From a virus, in IMG/VR virus record IMGVR_UViG_3300021961_008157: a stretch of DNA of 64,000 nt; one strand, 5' to 3'. The first letter of the stretch is position 1; each line of letters starts with the position of its first letter. The notes beneath the pieces were generated by a model. That model was not told the origin of the DNA and did no database searches. It saw only the letters and a list, made by a program, of their open reading frames with translations. Below are positions 25,918 to 35,353 of this stretch, piece after piece. The position numbers and the translations under genes are program-made.

Positions 25918-26613
25918 ATGGAATACTGGAACAATCCTATAAAAAAATATAAGTGGCCTTGCGCCGAAGATCCTGTTGTTGAAAGTTTTCATAATGGGCA
26001 ACATTGTTTGTTTTATAACCCTGCAATTCCAATAGCAGAAATAAAATATAATACACCATTGATACAATATATTAAATGGGCCAACGATGCTGTACACAAT
26101 ATTGGGATTGATAACACCTCAGATCAAACTCAACTTAGCAAGATTTTAAAAATAAATCTTTTAGTTGAACATATACAAGCTCATGGTATAGTTAAACCAA
26201 TATTAGTGTACTACACCGGATCTAAATTTGTAACATTGACCGGTGATGGTAAACTCCGAGCACTCGAATGTTTGCCAAACTTAACTACCACTGTCCCGGT
26301 GTTTATAACTACTGCAACTTGTTATAAAGATCGACTAGAAGAGTCTACAGGCATGATGCCTATTAGAACATTTAATGAATTTGCCGGTGTATTTGACGCA
26401 AAAATTGGCCAACAATTTTTATTTACGCTAACCGATTCTAATGCCCCATATGGAATGTATTGGTATGAATATGCCAGCCCGCTAACCGCTAATGTAACGC
26501 CCGATGTTGATGATTCAATCAAGATGCTTAAATCTTATTTTAGCAAACACCTTAACACTCAACTATCCGTTGATTGGTTTACCACTCCGATTGATTGGTC
26601 TCAATATCAATAA
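25918..26613 (+). CDS. Hypothetical protein with weak ParB-N-like segment
   Basis: GIVKPILV...GDGKLRAL. Confidence 0.45.
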   Translation: MEYWNNPIKKYKWPCAEDPVVESFHNGQHCLFYNPAIPIAEIKYNTPLIQYIKWANDAVHNIGIDNTSDQTQLSKILKINLLVEHIQAHGIVKPILVYYTGSKFVTLTGDGKLRALECLPNLTTTVPVFITTATCYKDRLEESTGMMPIRTFNEFAGVFDAKIGQQFLFTLTDSNAPYGMYWYEYASPLTANVTPDVDDSIKMLKSYFSKHLNTQLSVDWFTTPIDWSQYQ

Positions 26614-26981
26614 CTTTCTAAAAATTTTTCTATATCACCATACAGTTGCGCTGCCACTGCTTCTCGACTCCCAAACATGTAGACTTTAACTGGCACATGT
26701 TTTACTACTTCTATGTAGTAAGGCATTTGTAGTTTGCGATCAAGTGTTAAAATAATGCGTGTAAGAATAACTCGTTTATTAGTAATGGGTTTGACTTCTA
26801 TTCCATAGTGCGCTAAATTTAGCACACGACTTAATACATAAAAGCCATGGTCAGTTAATCGCATGCCGCCGTTTTTGCGTATGTTTATCCACCAGGTTTT
26901 TAGGGCCAAATCAACAGACTCTTTAAACTCTTCCGGCAGCTCTTCAACCAGCCGTTCAGTAAGTTTCAGTTTGTCGCGCAC
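26607..26981 (-). CDS. Hypothetical phage protein
   Basis: Intact ORF coupled to neighbours. Confidence 0.6.
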   Translation of the reverse strand: MRDKLKLTERLVEELPEEFKESVDLALKTWWINIRKNGGMRLTDHGFYVLSRVLNLAHYGIEVKPITNKRVILTRIILTLDRKLQMPYYIEVVKHVPVKVYMFGSREAVAAQLYGDIEKFLESY

Positions 26982-27277
26982 TAGTTTTGGGGCGTGACTG
27001 TTTCGCCTTGTGTTAATAGTACCACACTAAACTTGTCAGTTTTAAACTGTGCGTTTAGTTTCTTGGCAAGATTGTGTGCATGGCCAGGATTAGAAAAGCT
27101 GACCTTTTTATACTTGGGCCCAGGCTGTTGAACCAGCATGTTGCTGGTTTTGAGATTGATTGGTGTATTGTCAAAAAATACTGCCCAAACGCCTGCTGAC
27201 GACAGCACCTGCTCAGTCTTGTAAGTGGTCTTATTTGTCAGTTCAAGTAGAACCTTAGGTTTGGGTCTTGACATCAT
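26981..27277 (-). CDS. Hypothetical phage protein
   Basis: Basic 98-aa ORF preceded by ATAAATA. Confidence 0.65.
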   Translation of the reverse strand: MMSRPKPKVLLELTNKTTYKTEQVLSSAGVWAVFFDNTPINLKTSNMLVQQPGPKYKKVSFSNPGHAHNLAKKLNAQFKTDKFSVVLLTQGETVTPQN

Positions 27278-27316
27278 TAAACTCCAACATTTATTTATCA
27301 GAAATGTATGTAGTTT

Positions 27317-27526
27317 TTAAAATGATCCGCCTTCAACTTCAACTGTTATCGTATCATTTTGTTGTGCGGCCACTGCTACTTCACGTAAATTGTTTAATGT
27401 TAACAATAACTTAGTGATGTCAGCATGCAGGTCTTTGGCGTCCTTCATTGGCATGGTAAAGTCTTTGGCAGCCCGCGCTTCGAAGCCTTGCACCCGCTCG
27501 ATAAACTTTTGTATGTGTATGCTCAT
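27317..27526 (-). CDS. Hypothetical phage protein
   Basis: ATGA-coupled ORF. Confidence 0.6.
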   Translation of the reverse strand: MSIHIQKFIERVQGFEARAAKDFTMPMKDAKDLHADITKLLLTLNNLREVAVAAQQNDTITVEVEGGSF

Positions 27527-27888
27527 TTTTTAACAAAGGATGTTAGATCAGGAGGTGTCCATCCCAATGGTTTAAGAACCTTCCCATCATCACGCTTCCG
27601 TACCTTTCCAGTTTGCTTGTCAATTTTGGCAAAGTTAGAACGCATAACTTCCTTCCAAGCACCTTCGGCATCGCTGCCCATTGAGTGAATAGCACCAATG
27701 GTAACAACTAAGATATCAATTAGCGCATCCAACTGCTCAACACGATCATTGGTATCAACGGCTTGTTGTAGTTCACCAACTTCTTCGGCAATAAGTTTTA
27801 GGTACAAATCAAATTGATCTTGATTGCTACGATCTACTGATTGATCGCAGGCTTGCATAAATTTCTCTTGATCACGAAATGGATTCAT
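27523..27888 (-). CDS. MazG-like / PRA-PH nucleotide pyrophosphohydrolase
   Basis: EEVGEL...DALIDIL...SNFAK...DGKVLKP. Confidence 0.85.
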   Translation of the reverse strand: MNPFRDQEKFMQACDQSVDRSNQDQFDLYLKLIAEEVGELQQAVDTNDRVEQLDALIDILVVTIGAIHSMGSDAEGAWKEVMRSNFAKIDKQTGKVRKRDDGKVLKPLGWTPPDLTSFVKK

Positions 27889-28322
27889 ACTGTTACTTCT
27901 TCTTTTGTGTGGAATGGGCCTTGGTAGGGATAGCGTTGTAGTGCAATCAGTTTAGGATCTTGTATTACCCGCCACTTTCGCCCACGTTTGATTGAATACC
28001 ACCCAGCAGCAAACCAGGACTTGCTTTTTTTAGTTTTGGTGTATAAGGGCAAGCGATGCACCACATCCCAAACTGGATTGTAACAGCGGCCTGCTGCGGA
28101 AAATCCATGCACCGTGCCAACTTCGGGCTTGACACGTGGAGGATTTTTTTCAAACGTAATATTTGATTCTCGTGCTGCAAGTTTAATAGTTTTAAACTGC
28201 TTGACTTGATCATGAATACGAACTTGATAACCACCGTTTAGTGCTTCAATGTTGCCAACTTTTTGATCTTCTTCTTGTAATATCCAGTATTGTTTATCAG
28301 CTACTACTTTAGCTACTAACAT
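27885..28322 (-). CDS. Hypothetical phage protein
   Basis: Intact ORF in operon. Confidence 0.6.
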   Translation of the reverse strand: MLVAKVVADKQYWILQEEDQKVGNIEALNGGYQVRIHDQVKQFKTIKLAARESNITFEKNPPRVKPEVGTVHGFSAAGRCYNPVWDVVHRLPLYTKTKKSKSWFAAGWYSIKRGRKWRVIQDPKLIALQRYPYQGPFHTKEEVTV

Positions 28323-29316
28323 CTAATACTCCTTTGTAAGTTTCGTTTAACCAACGACCAAAACTTTCCGCGTTGTCGCCGCATCTGTTAAGATCGTATT
28401 TGCCACAGAACTGCATAAATCTCACACCCACTTGACCAATGTCCTTTCGCGACACCTGTTCAATGATAGCCAAGTCCACCGCATCTTTGACTGCCTGCGG
28501 TTGACAAGTAAGATCAATCAACTCACGATTGCGCTCATAATCGTCTAGCACACGATGTTCTTCACCATTGTGATCAGTCCATCGTTGTAGCATCATATTG
28601 TTCCAGTTATAGCCACGAGCTTTACGGTCCTCAAATGCTTCTTGTAATCCCACTTTGTTTTTGGTGCCCTTGGTGCGAACACCGGGATAAGCGGAAAAAA
28701 TGTTATCGCTAGTATCACCGCGCATGCATTTTTCAAACAGGAGCCACGCAGGATCGGGAATTTTTTTAGGTTCCTTAGTTTTCTTATCAATCACAGGATT
28801 GCCTTTAGCATCAAAAATGCCTTCTGTGGTAATAAGTTCATCGGTAATACCATTATACTGCTTTACATTGGGCGCAACCAACTGAACAAAGTCAGTGTCG
28901 CTGCTGATAATAATGTGCTCGTCTTGGGGGTGTAAATCAATCCAACGTGCAATGATGTCATCGCCCTCGGCTGTGGGGCAACGAAGCACACTACAGTTGG
29001 TTCGTTCTGACAAGTATTTAGTCAAATTATCATACGTTTCCCAGAACATTTTGTCTTCTTCTGCTTCTGCTTCAGTAAGAGCGGCGCGAGCTACAGCACG
29101 GTTGGCTTTGTAGGGTTTGTAATAGTCCTTGCGCCAACTACGCCCTTCTAGAGCAAAAACCACGTGATCTGCTTCAAAACGGCGCACAACTTTATTGGCG
29201 CTCATTAGTGTAGTGTGTAATGCTACACCAACTTTCTCCCAAGGATCTGAAGCGCGAAAAGCCGTGTGCCGAGCACGGAAGAACATGTTGGCAGTATCAA
29301 TTAGAACGTATTTCAT
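28309..29316 (-). CDS. 5'-3' exonuclease / T4 RNase H-like
   Basis: LID.AN, SWRK..Y.YKANR, EGDDIIA, SSDTDF and GDTSDNI motifs; sigma70 promoter at 29323-29351. Confidence 0.9.
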   Translation of the reverse strand: MKYVLIDTANMFFRARHTAFRASDPWEKVGVALHTTLMSANKVVRRFEADHVVFALEGRSWRKDYYKPYKANRAVARAALTEAEAEEDKMFWETYDNLTKYLSERTNCSVLRCPTAEGDDIIARWIDLHPQDEHIIISSDTDFVQLVAPNVKQYNGITDELITTEGIFDAKGNPVIDKKTKEPKKIPDPAWLLFEKCMRGDTSDNIFSAYPGVRTKGTKNKVGLQEAFEDRKARGYNWNNMMLQRWTDHNGEEHRVLDDYERNRELIDLTCQPQAVKDAVDLAIIEQVSRKDIGQVGVRFMQFCGKYDLNRCGDNAESFGRWLNETYKGVLDVSS

Positions 29317-29347
29317 AGTCTAATTATAGCAGAAATACCAATATAAG

Positions 29348-30058
29348 TCAATTGATGATTTGATTAGCAATAATGTATTTTAACATGTGGCGATTCCAAA
29401 ATGCATGCCCGTCCTTACCAAAATGCCACGATTCGGGCAAGACTGTTTGGATACCCGCGGCCCGTATCCGAGCGTTGTATGTGCCTTCGGACTCATAAGG
29501 ATCCATATAACTGACTCCCCAATCCTTCCGATCACCAGCGGCTATACTGCTAAAGTCATTGTTGCCATTGAAGAAAATGTGCTTGATTCCTTGCTCTTTT
29601 AATTCGGTGTGCAACTGCCAAATTTCTTCATGTGCCGCTTGTGTTTTTGCCCGCCAATCAGAGTCGACCACAAACTCTTTGTAGCGTTGTTGAGCCGACT
29701 CGGGCACATCATCAGTGCCGCTGGCGCCCACTTGATGGTAAACACCATCAATCAACCACTCTTCGCGTTCCCAAGTTGACCACTGAATAACTACCAGCAG
29801 TTCGCTGAAGTTTTTTATCTTTTTCAAAAACTCTCGTGTGGTGCGCATAATGCGAGCGTTGCTGCTGCCACTTTCAGCACCACAGTGAAAACTGGCCCGC
29901 ATTGCTTCGCTTAGCCGCCGCCCCCAACTTACTGCTAGATTTTCTGGATGCGGATAACGCCCTTGGTAAAATAGCGCAGGATCATCCATTGCAAACGCAT
30001 GTGGATTGACTGCTTCAGCAGCCGCGGTATGGCTATCCCCGTTTACATACAGTATCAT
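29348..30058 (-). CDS. SGNH-like hypothetical protein
   Basis: NGDSHT, GSSN and WH...GH motifs. Confidence 0.55.
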   Translation of the reverse strand: MILYVNGDSHTAAAEAVNPHAFAMDDPALFYQGRYPHPENLAVSWGRRLSEAMRASFHCGAESGSSNARIMRTTREFLKKIKNFSELLVVIQWSTWEREEWLIDGVYHQVGASGTDDVPESAQQRYKEFVVDSDWRAKTQAAHEEIWQLHTELKEQGIKHIFFNGNNDFSSIAAGDRKDWGVSYMDPYESEGTYNARIRAAGIQTVLPESWHFGKDGHAFWNRHMLKYIIANQIIN

Positions 30059-30441
30059 TAGGAAACTTCCGTCCTACCATCGCCAATGTCGCGACTCTTA
30101 ACTACACGATTGGGATTGTTAGCCATTTCCTGTTCCCATGTTTCCATAACCACATGGCGGCAAACATTTTGGAACCAACGATCCACAATGTCTGAATCCT
30201 TATCATCGGGACGCCCTTGGTATCCTGCTCGTACCAAATTGGCAACAAACTTGTCATTCCAATCTAACTCAAATGAACCTTGGTGTAGGTTTTCAGGATC
30301 AATGTCCATACTTAAAATAGCTACCCATGGCTCGCCACGCTCGGTAGCCAACTCTTTTTCGCTTTTTTGTGGTGCCTTAGGCTTTTCAACCTTAGGCTCT
30401 TTAATTTCAGGCTTCTTTTTAAATCGATCAAAAAATCCCAT
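30058..30441 (-). CDS. Hypothetical phage protein
   Basis: GSFELDWNDKFV; RBS before MGFF. Confidence 0.6.
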   Translation of the reverse strand: MGFFDRFKKKPEIKEPKVEKPKAPQKSEKELATERGEPWVAILSMDIDPENLHQGSFELDWNDKFVANLVRAGYQGRPDDKDSDIVDRWFQNVCRHVVMETWEQEMANNPNRVVKSRDIGDGRTEVS

Positions 30442-30451
30442 TTGTTTTCCT

Positions 30452-31342
30452 TTATGCAAGACTTGTGTATAAGTGTTGTTGCAAGTTTAGTTTAAGACCG
30501 TGCTCAATGCAATACTGTCCAACATACTCGTGATTGCGTTGATTTGCTTCGAGATTTAATAAACCTGGTTCCCAGAAGCTGATAACTTCGTCCACTGTAC
30601 TACGCTCTGTCATGGTAATCTGTCCCTTCTCTGCTCGCAATAGTTTAATCTTTTGCGGAAAACTATTATAAACATTCATTGGACTTACATAGATATCTCG
30701 ACCTGTTTGTTCCTTCCACTCAAGTGCCCAATCTGGCACTTCGGCGTATGGACTGCCTTCAGTTGCTTCCATAACAAATTTTAAGCAATTGGCACGTTCA
30801 AGAATTGTTTTGCTGGGAGCATAATATCTAACTGCCTTGCCTTCCTTCTCCATACACTTTGGAGAGCATACTAGCGTTACGCCTAGTGGCACATCAGTAG
30901 ATAAAATGCCATTGCTTTCAACCTGAACTGCTTTAAACTTGGGCAGTTGCTGCCGCATGAACTCGCTGATGTTGTCTTGTAACAGCGGCTCACCACCTGT
31001 CATCACTAATACAATGTTGGGAAAATCAACCAATCGTGTGTTTATATCTGCAACAGGTACAGCCCACAGTGGCACTAGTTTGCCTTTACTGGTCCAGAAG
31101 CTGGTGATAGTGTCATACATTTTGCGTTCAATGTCCGCAAACGTCATCCAGTCACCGTCGTCAAAGAAAGTGTCACAAAATGAGCAATCTAAATTACATT
31201 TAGCCAGTCGAATGAATAGCGCAGGTTGACCAGCGAAAGGCCCCTCACCTTGTAGGGTGAAGAACATACTGGTTACAAAAAGTTTTTCAGGTTCTGTATC
31301 CTTGAAGAACTTCTTCCCTATGATTTCATTAGTACCAAACAT
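30452..31342 (-). CDS. queE: 7-carboxy-7-deazaguanine synthase (radical SAM)
   Basis: TLQGEG, FIRLAKCNLDCSFCDT, TGGEP, ESNG, SPK and QxH motifs. Confidence 0.9.
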   Translation of the reverse strand: MFGTNEIIGKKFFKDTEPEKLFVTSMFFTLQGEGPFAGQPALFIRLAKCNLDCSFCDTFFDDGDWMTFADIERKMYDTITSFWTSKGKLVPLWAVPVADINTRLVDFPNIVLVMTGGEPLLQDNISEFMRQQLPKFKAVQVESNGILSTDVPLGVTLVCSPKCMEKEGKAVRYYAPSKTILERANCLKFVMEATEGSPYAEVPDWALEWKEQTGRDIYVSPMNVYNSFPQKIKLLRAEKGQITMTERSTVDEVISFWEPGLLNLEANQRNHEYVGQYCIEHGLKLNLQQHLYTSLA

Positions 31343-31343
31343 A

Positions 31344-31970
31344 TTATTCCTTGCTAAATCTTCCTAAGATTACCCCACTGTTTTGTCTATAACCTTCGTT
31401 GTGCAAATGGCGATAACCTTGCAGCAACAAAAATGGAACAGCAGCAGAACACTTCCCGATAAACACACCTTCATTTGGATGATACCAAGTATCATCGCAA
31501 ACAATAATACTATTTTCTGTCATCCTACGCATGAGTAAAATTGCTTGTAGCAAATGTGTTTGTTGACTACTTAGATTAGTCATTTCAATGTTCATTAAAT
31601 CTCTGTAGCGTTGTTTCACATCTGCTACAAATGACTCTTCGGCACCACCAAGCCAATAATCCCAATCAAAGTTATCAAGATATGCCAGCGATATTTTAAC
31701 ATTGGGATCTAAGTGTTCTAAAAACTGTTCTCCACGAGCATGCACTAATTTTACATGATCTGGTAGTCGGTTGTCAACCTTCAAGTTATCGGCTGCGCGA
31801 TTGATTTGATCTGCGTCAACATCCACACCATAAAAATCTACGCCACGCTCTAAACATAAATCAGCAAAAAATCGAGTGCTGCCCTCACCGCGATCTACTC
31901 CAATTTCAACCCAACTGCCATTGTCAATAGCGTCAATAAACTTTGTTATGTTACGATAGTAAGTACCCAT
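31344..31970 (-). CDS. SAM-dependent methyltransferase-like protein
   Basis: VEIG..RGEGST, LAYLD, IIVCDDT. Confidence 0.55.
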   Translation of the reverse strand: MGTYYRNITKFIDAIDNGSWVEIGVDRGEGSTRFFADLCLERGVDFYGVDVDADQINRAADNLKVDNRLPDHVKLVHARGEQFLEHLDPNVKISLAYLDNFDWDYWLGGAEESFVADVKQRYRDLMNIEMTNLSSQQTHLLQAILLMRRMTENSIIVCDDTWYHPNEGVFIGKCSAAVPFLLLQGYRHLHNEGYRQNSGVILGRFSKE

Positions 31971-32323
31971 TATTTTTTCTGTCCTTTAAGAATATTCCAT
32001 GCATTGGTTTTTTCCAATAACTGTTTTTCTAATTTTCTATATTGGTCACCCAACTGCTTTAGCTCATCCCACTCTTGCTCTAATTCTGGATTTGGGTTGA
32101 GTAAGGCCAATCGAGATTCGATATTTTCAATGGCTTTCAGCAAACTTTTGTCCCCGACTGTAATATCACAACCATCCTTGAGTGTAATACCTTCATCCCC
32201 AAATTGTACTGCTTGTTCGGAATAATCATTCCATGTAACACTCCCAGATGCATATTCGGTGTTGATAGAATAAGTTGTGCTGTCGTCCAAATTAATAGTT
32301 AATGTATCAAGTGTGTCAGTCAT
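31970..32323 (-). CDS. Hypothetical phage protein
   Basis: C-terminal coiled coil. Confidence 0.55.
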   Translation of the reverse strand: MTDTLDTLTINLDDSTTYSINTEYASGSVTWNDYSEQAVQFGDEGITLKDGCDITVGDKSLLKAIENIESRLALLNPNPELEQEWDELKQLGDQYRKLEKQLLEKTNAWNILKGQKK

Positions 32324-33105
32324 ATAGTTACCTTTCTTGCCTTTACCAACAAGTGCCAACCTAAGTACTCTCTCACCGCTTCTCGCATGGCTCCGGGCAT
32401 AGCTTCAAACCAAGGCTCAAGTTCATAGCGTCCTTGCTTGTACGCTTCTACATTATACATGAAACAGTGGTCCTGACGCAACCGCTCAATAGAAAAGCGA
32501 TTCCCTAGCAAGTCGGCGATATCATCTTTGGTGTAGCTTTTAGCATATGGGCAACCAGCTTGCGCTTCATATTGGTCAAGCCCTTTGTTGATCATTGCTT
32601 GTTTCCAACTATTTTTAGCATAAACCATAAAACGGAATTCTCCATTGGGTTTAAGAATATTGTACACATTGTCAAGTATACGATCAATGGCTGGGAAATG
32701 ATGTATTACCCCATAGCTGTAAACCAAGTCAACAGGAGGTATTTGATTGTAAGTGTTCCAATCGCTGGCGTCACCTGAATAAAAATTACCTGCTAGCCCC
32801 TCAACTTCGAAACGCTGTTGCGCCAGTTTAACACTGGCTTCGCTGTAGTCAATAGCATAATAGTCAGCACCATGGCGGGCAAATTCAGCAGCGTCGGATC
32901 CAATACCAGGACCGATTTCTAATACCTGCTGCCCTTGCCACAAGTGAAATCCTGCAAATTCTGGAATGTGGGGCTCCACAAGAAACCGGCGAGCCGACAC
33001 TTCTTGGAAAAATTCGAGACTGCCAACGGCGTTTCCGCTGTGGCGAATATTACAAGGCTGATTGTTCCAGTATTGTTTGATGCGTTCTTCTAAACTTAGC
33101 GTCAT
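32320..33105 (-). CDS. Class I SAM-dependent methyltransferase
   Basis: VLEIGPGIG, DLVYSYGVIHH, LKPNG. Confidence 0.88.
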   Translation of the reverse strand: MTLSLEERIKQYWNNQPCNIRHSGNAVGSLEFFQEVSARRFLVEPHIPEFAGFHLWQGQQVLEIGPGIGSDAAEFARHGADYYAIDYSEASVKLAQQRFEVEGLAGNFYSGDASDWNTYNQIPPVDLVYSYGVIHHFPAIDRILDNVYNILKPNGEFRFMVYAKNSWKQAMINKGLDQYEAQAGCPYAKSYTKDDIADLLGNRFSIERLRQDHCFMYNVEAYKQGRYELEPWFEAMPGAMREAVREYLGWHLLVKARKVTI

Positions 33106-33929
33106 TTTTGTTTTGCCCAATCAGGTTTCCACTGAGACATTTGATTGTTTATATCATTGACTTTTAACTTTTCCCAAGGGTCCTGTTTACCTGTAAACAC
33201 TCCTTGAAAAAAATCAGTGTTTAAACCACGAGACTTCATGTATGAAGCCAATCGGTGTAAATCCGCTATGCGTTTTCTATACCAGTTTGCATGATGGAAG
33301 TCCCGTGGATCTTCGGGATTGCCCTCTAGCATCGGCCGTGTTTCAAATATGCTGTCTTTGTTATTGCCAGTTAAATCATATCTATCATGCGTCACATGTA
33401 CATTTATACGTTCCCATATATCCATTACATAAGCCTGTTGGCTGATCCAAGCATCGCTGATTTGGTGGGGACTTAGATAGCCAAATAACTCAAGCCACTC
33501 GCGGGGCACAATGGGAAAAATGCTGTAAGGATGATCGCGATGTGTGTGAAAAGCTAATATTTTAAATTCACCAGTATGGTTGGCTATTACAGTATCCCAA
33601 CCCGGCGTTTCCATTACAGCATCGTCATTCCAAAATACCAACCAATCAGCGTCGGCGCTTTTTGCTAGGCTGTTTACATACTCGTTTAGTCGAATATAGC
33701 CCAGTGGTTCAAATATACGAGCTTGATAATTTACACCAAGCTCGTCTAACTTAGGCTGTAGTGTTTGCTTAAAATAGTCAATGGTTTCTGTATCGTCGCG
33801 ATCGAACCCAATTAGCACTTGAAACGAATCAACATTGTCGGCTGTGTTTACAACACTTAGTATACTGCGCTCAAGTGCGGCTGTTCTGCCTCTAGTGGGC
33901 AACAGTAATGCTATGTTGTATTCACTCAT
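33102..33929 (-). CDS. GT-A fold glycosyltransferase (GT2-like)
   Basis: LLLPTRGR, FDRDD, WNDD. Confidence 0.75.
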   Translation of the reverse strand: MSEYNIALLLPTRGRTAALERSILSVVNTADNVDSFQVLIGFDRDDTETIDYFKQTLQPKLDELGVNYQARIFEPLGYIRLNEYVNSLAKSADADWLVFWNDDAVMETPGWDTVIANHTGEFKILAFHTHRDHPYSIFPIVPREWLELFGYLSPHQISDAWISQQAYVMDIWERINVHVTHDRYDLTGNNKDSIFETRPMLEGNPEDPRDFHHANWYRKRIADLHRLASYMKSRGLNTDFFQGVFTGKQDPWEKLKVNDINNQMSQWKPDWAKQK

Positions 33930-33951
33930 TTGTTTTACTGCACAATAACGA

Positions 33952-34140
33952 TCAGTTTCGACTGAAAATACTTTTTATCAAAGCAAGAAAAAAGTTTGTT
34001 TTCTTTTTAGATTTATGGGGGCATTCAAACCAGCGGCAGCCATCTTTGTTGAACTTAGACAGCATTACTCCGCAGGTGGTACATCTTATCTTGACCTTCT
34101 TATTATTTCCAAAAACATTGTAAACTTCGTCGTAATCCAT
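33952..34140 (-). CDS. Small Cys-containing hypothetical protein
   Basis: CxxC...CxxxxC. Confidence 0.45.
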   Translation of the reverse strand: MDYDEVYNVFGNNKKVKIRCTTCGVMLSKFNKDGCRWFECPHKSKKKTNFFLALIKSIFSRN

Positions 34141-34142
34141 AA

Positions 34143-34379
34143 TTACTTTTTTGTAAACCAGTCACCGAAGTAGTGTTTAATAAAAACTAAAATAACAATC
34201 CATTTAAGTAAGTTGAGGGCTTCACTAAATATTGAGCCGAACCAATAACGCTGTTCGGTTACAAATCCTAGCCCCAAAAACACTATAACTCCAAACGTGA
34301 TTGCAAAATATTTTAATCCACTTTTAAAGTGCTTTTTAATAAATTTACCAACTTCGCTAACGCTTTTCTTTAAATCCAT
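34143..34379 (-). CDS. Small membrane protein
   Basis: Two hydrophobic segments. Confidence 0.5.
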   Translation of the reverse strand: MDLKKSVSEVGKFIKKHFKSGLKYFAITFGVIVFLGLGFVTEQRYWFGSIFSEALNLLKWIVILVFIKHYFGDWFTKK

Positions 34380-34382
34380 AAT

Positions 34383-34886
34383 TTACTCCAACAAGTTCTC
34401 ATTCCATTCTCGGTGCCCTTCCCTCCATGCCATATTACTTTGTGTTTCACGGACTTCTACACGATAGCACCACAAGCGTTCTGCTTCGCCTGGCCCCCAC
34501 ATTTCAGGAATGTAAACACCATTGACATAACGATATAGCATATCGCTTAGTCCTTCGCAGCCCAGTTTAGGCAGCACTACAACCTTGGCCATTTTCTTTT
34601 CTTGTAGGAGTTTGTATGTGGCCATTTCCGGATCATCTTGTGCAACAATCAGTGTATGGTCAAACTGATCTTCTAGTATCTTCTTTAGTTCTTTAAGTCC
34701 GCCGTAGTCAGCAGCCCAGTTCCTTACATCCAAATCATCTGTACCAAAATAAAACTTCATGCTAAACGAATAGCCATGAATTAAATTACAATGACTATCC
34801 GCACGCCACTGACGATAAGCGCAGGGAAAAGCATCGTGATATTCTTTTGTCGATGTATACTTGTACACCCGGGGTTGATTTGCCAT
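34383..34886 (-). CDS. queD: 6-carboxytetrahydropterin synthase
   Basis: HCNLIHGY, FDHT and EVRET motifs. Confidence 0.88.
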   Translation of the reverse strand: MANQPRVYKYTSTKEYHDAFPCAYRQWRADSHCNLIHGYSFSMKFYFGTDDLDVRNWAADYGGLKELKKILEDQFDHTLIVAQDDPEMATYKLLQEKKMAKVVVLPKLGCEGLSDMLYRYVNGVYIPEMWGPGEAERLWCYRVEVRETQSNMAWREGHREWNENLLE

Positions 34887-34968
34887 GTTTTCTCCTATGT
34901 TAAATTATAGCATAGGCAGCAGAATTTGTATACCGGGATGATGCTCTAAGACCGGTGCAATACTTTAT

Positions 34969-35352
34969 TTATTTGCGATAGTTGCCCTTGCCGGGAATTG
35001 TGTTTCGCACACCCCCAACCGGATCCTCAACATCACCATTTCGGCGAGGGATTAGATGCACATGCGGCCAATTGACCGTTTGTCCTGCTGGAGTTCCATA
35101 ATTCATACCAATGTTAAACCCATCGCATTCGCCCGATTCAACCATACGCTGGCCTTCTGTGAAAGCATTGTCAATTGCTTCCAGTAATATGTGTTTCATG
35201 TTAAACTTGGGCACAAACAACAAGTGTCCCGGTGTACATGGATACTTGTCTAAGTATACTGCCACACGATAGTTTTCCCGCACCAAATCGGTCCATGGTG
35301 CGGTACTTTCTTCGATTGATTCAGGTATGTCTTTGAATATATGCGTTTCCAT
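34969..35352 (-). CDS. HIT family hydrolase
   Basis: PGHLLFVPK, AGQTV.WPHVHLIPR. Confidence 0.9.
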   Translation of the reverse strand: METHIFKDIPESIEESTAPWTDLVRENYRVAVYLDKYPCTPGHLLFVPKFNMKHILLEAIDNAFTEGQRMVESGECDGFNIGMNYGTPAGQTVNWPHVHLIPRRNGDVEDPVGGVRNTIPGKGNYRK

Positions 35353-35353
35353 T

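Noticed and set aside
1-26000. Bacterial chromosome origin of the left part
   Set aside because: Host-like genes are isolated from their usual operons (pstS without pstCAB, tctA/C without tctB) and are continuous with phage replication and virion genes
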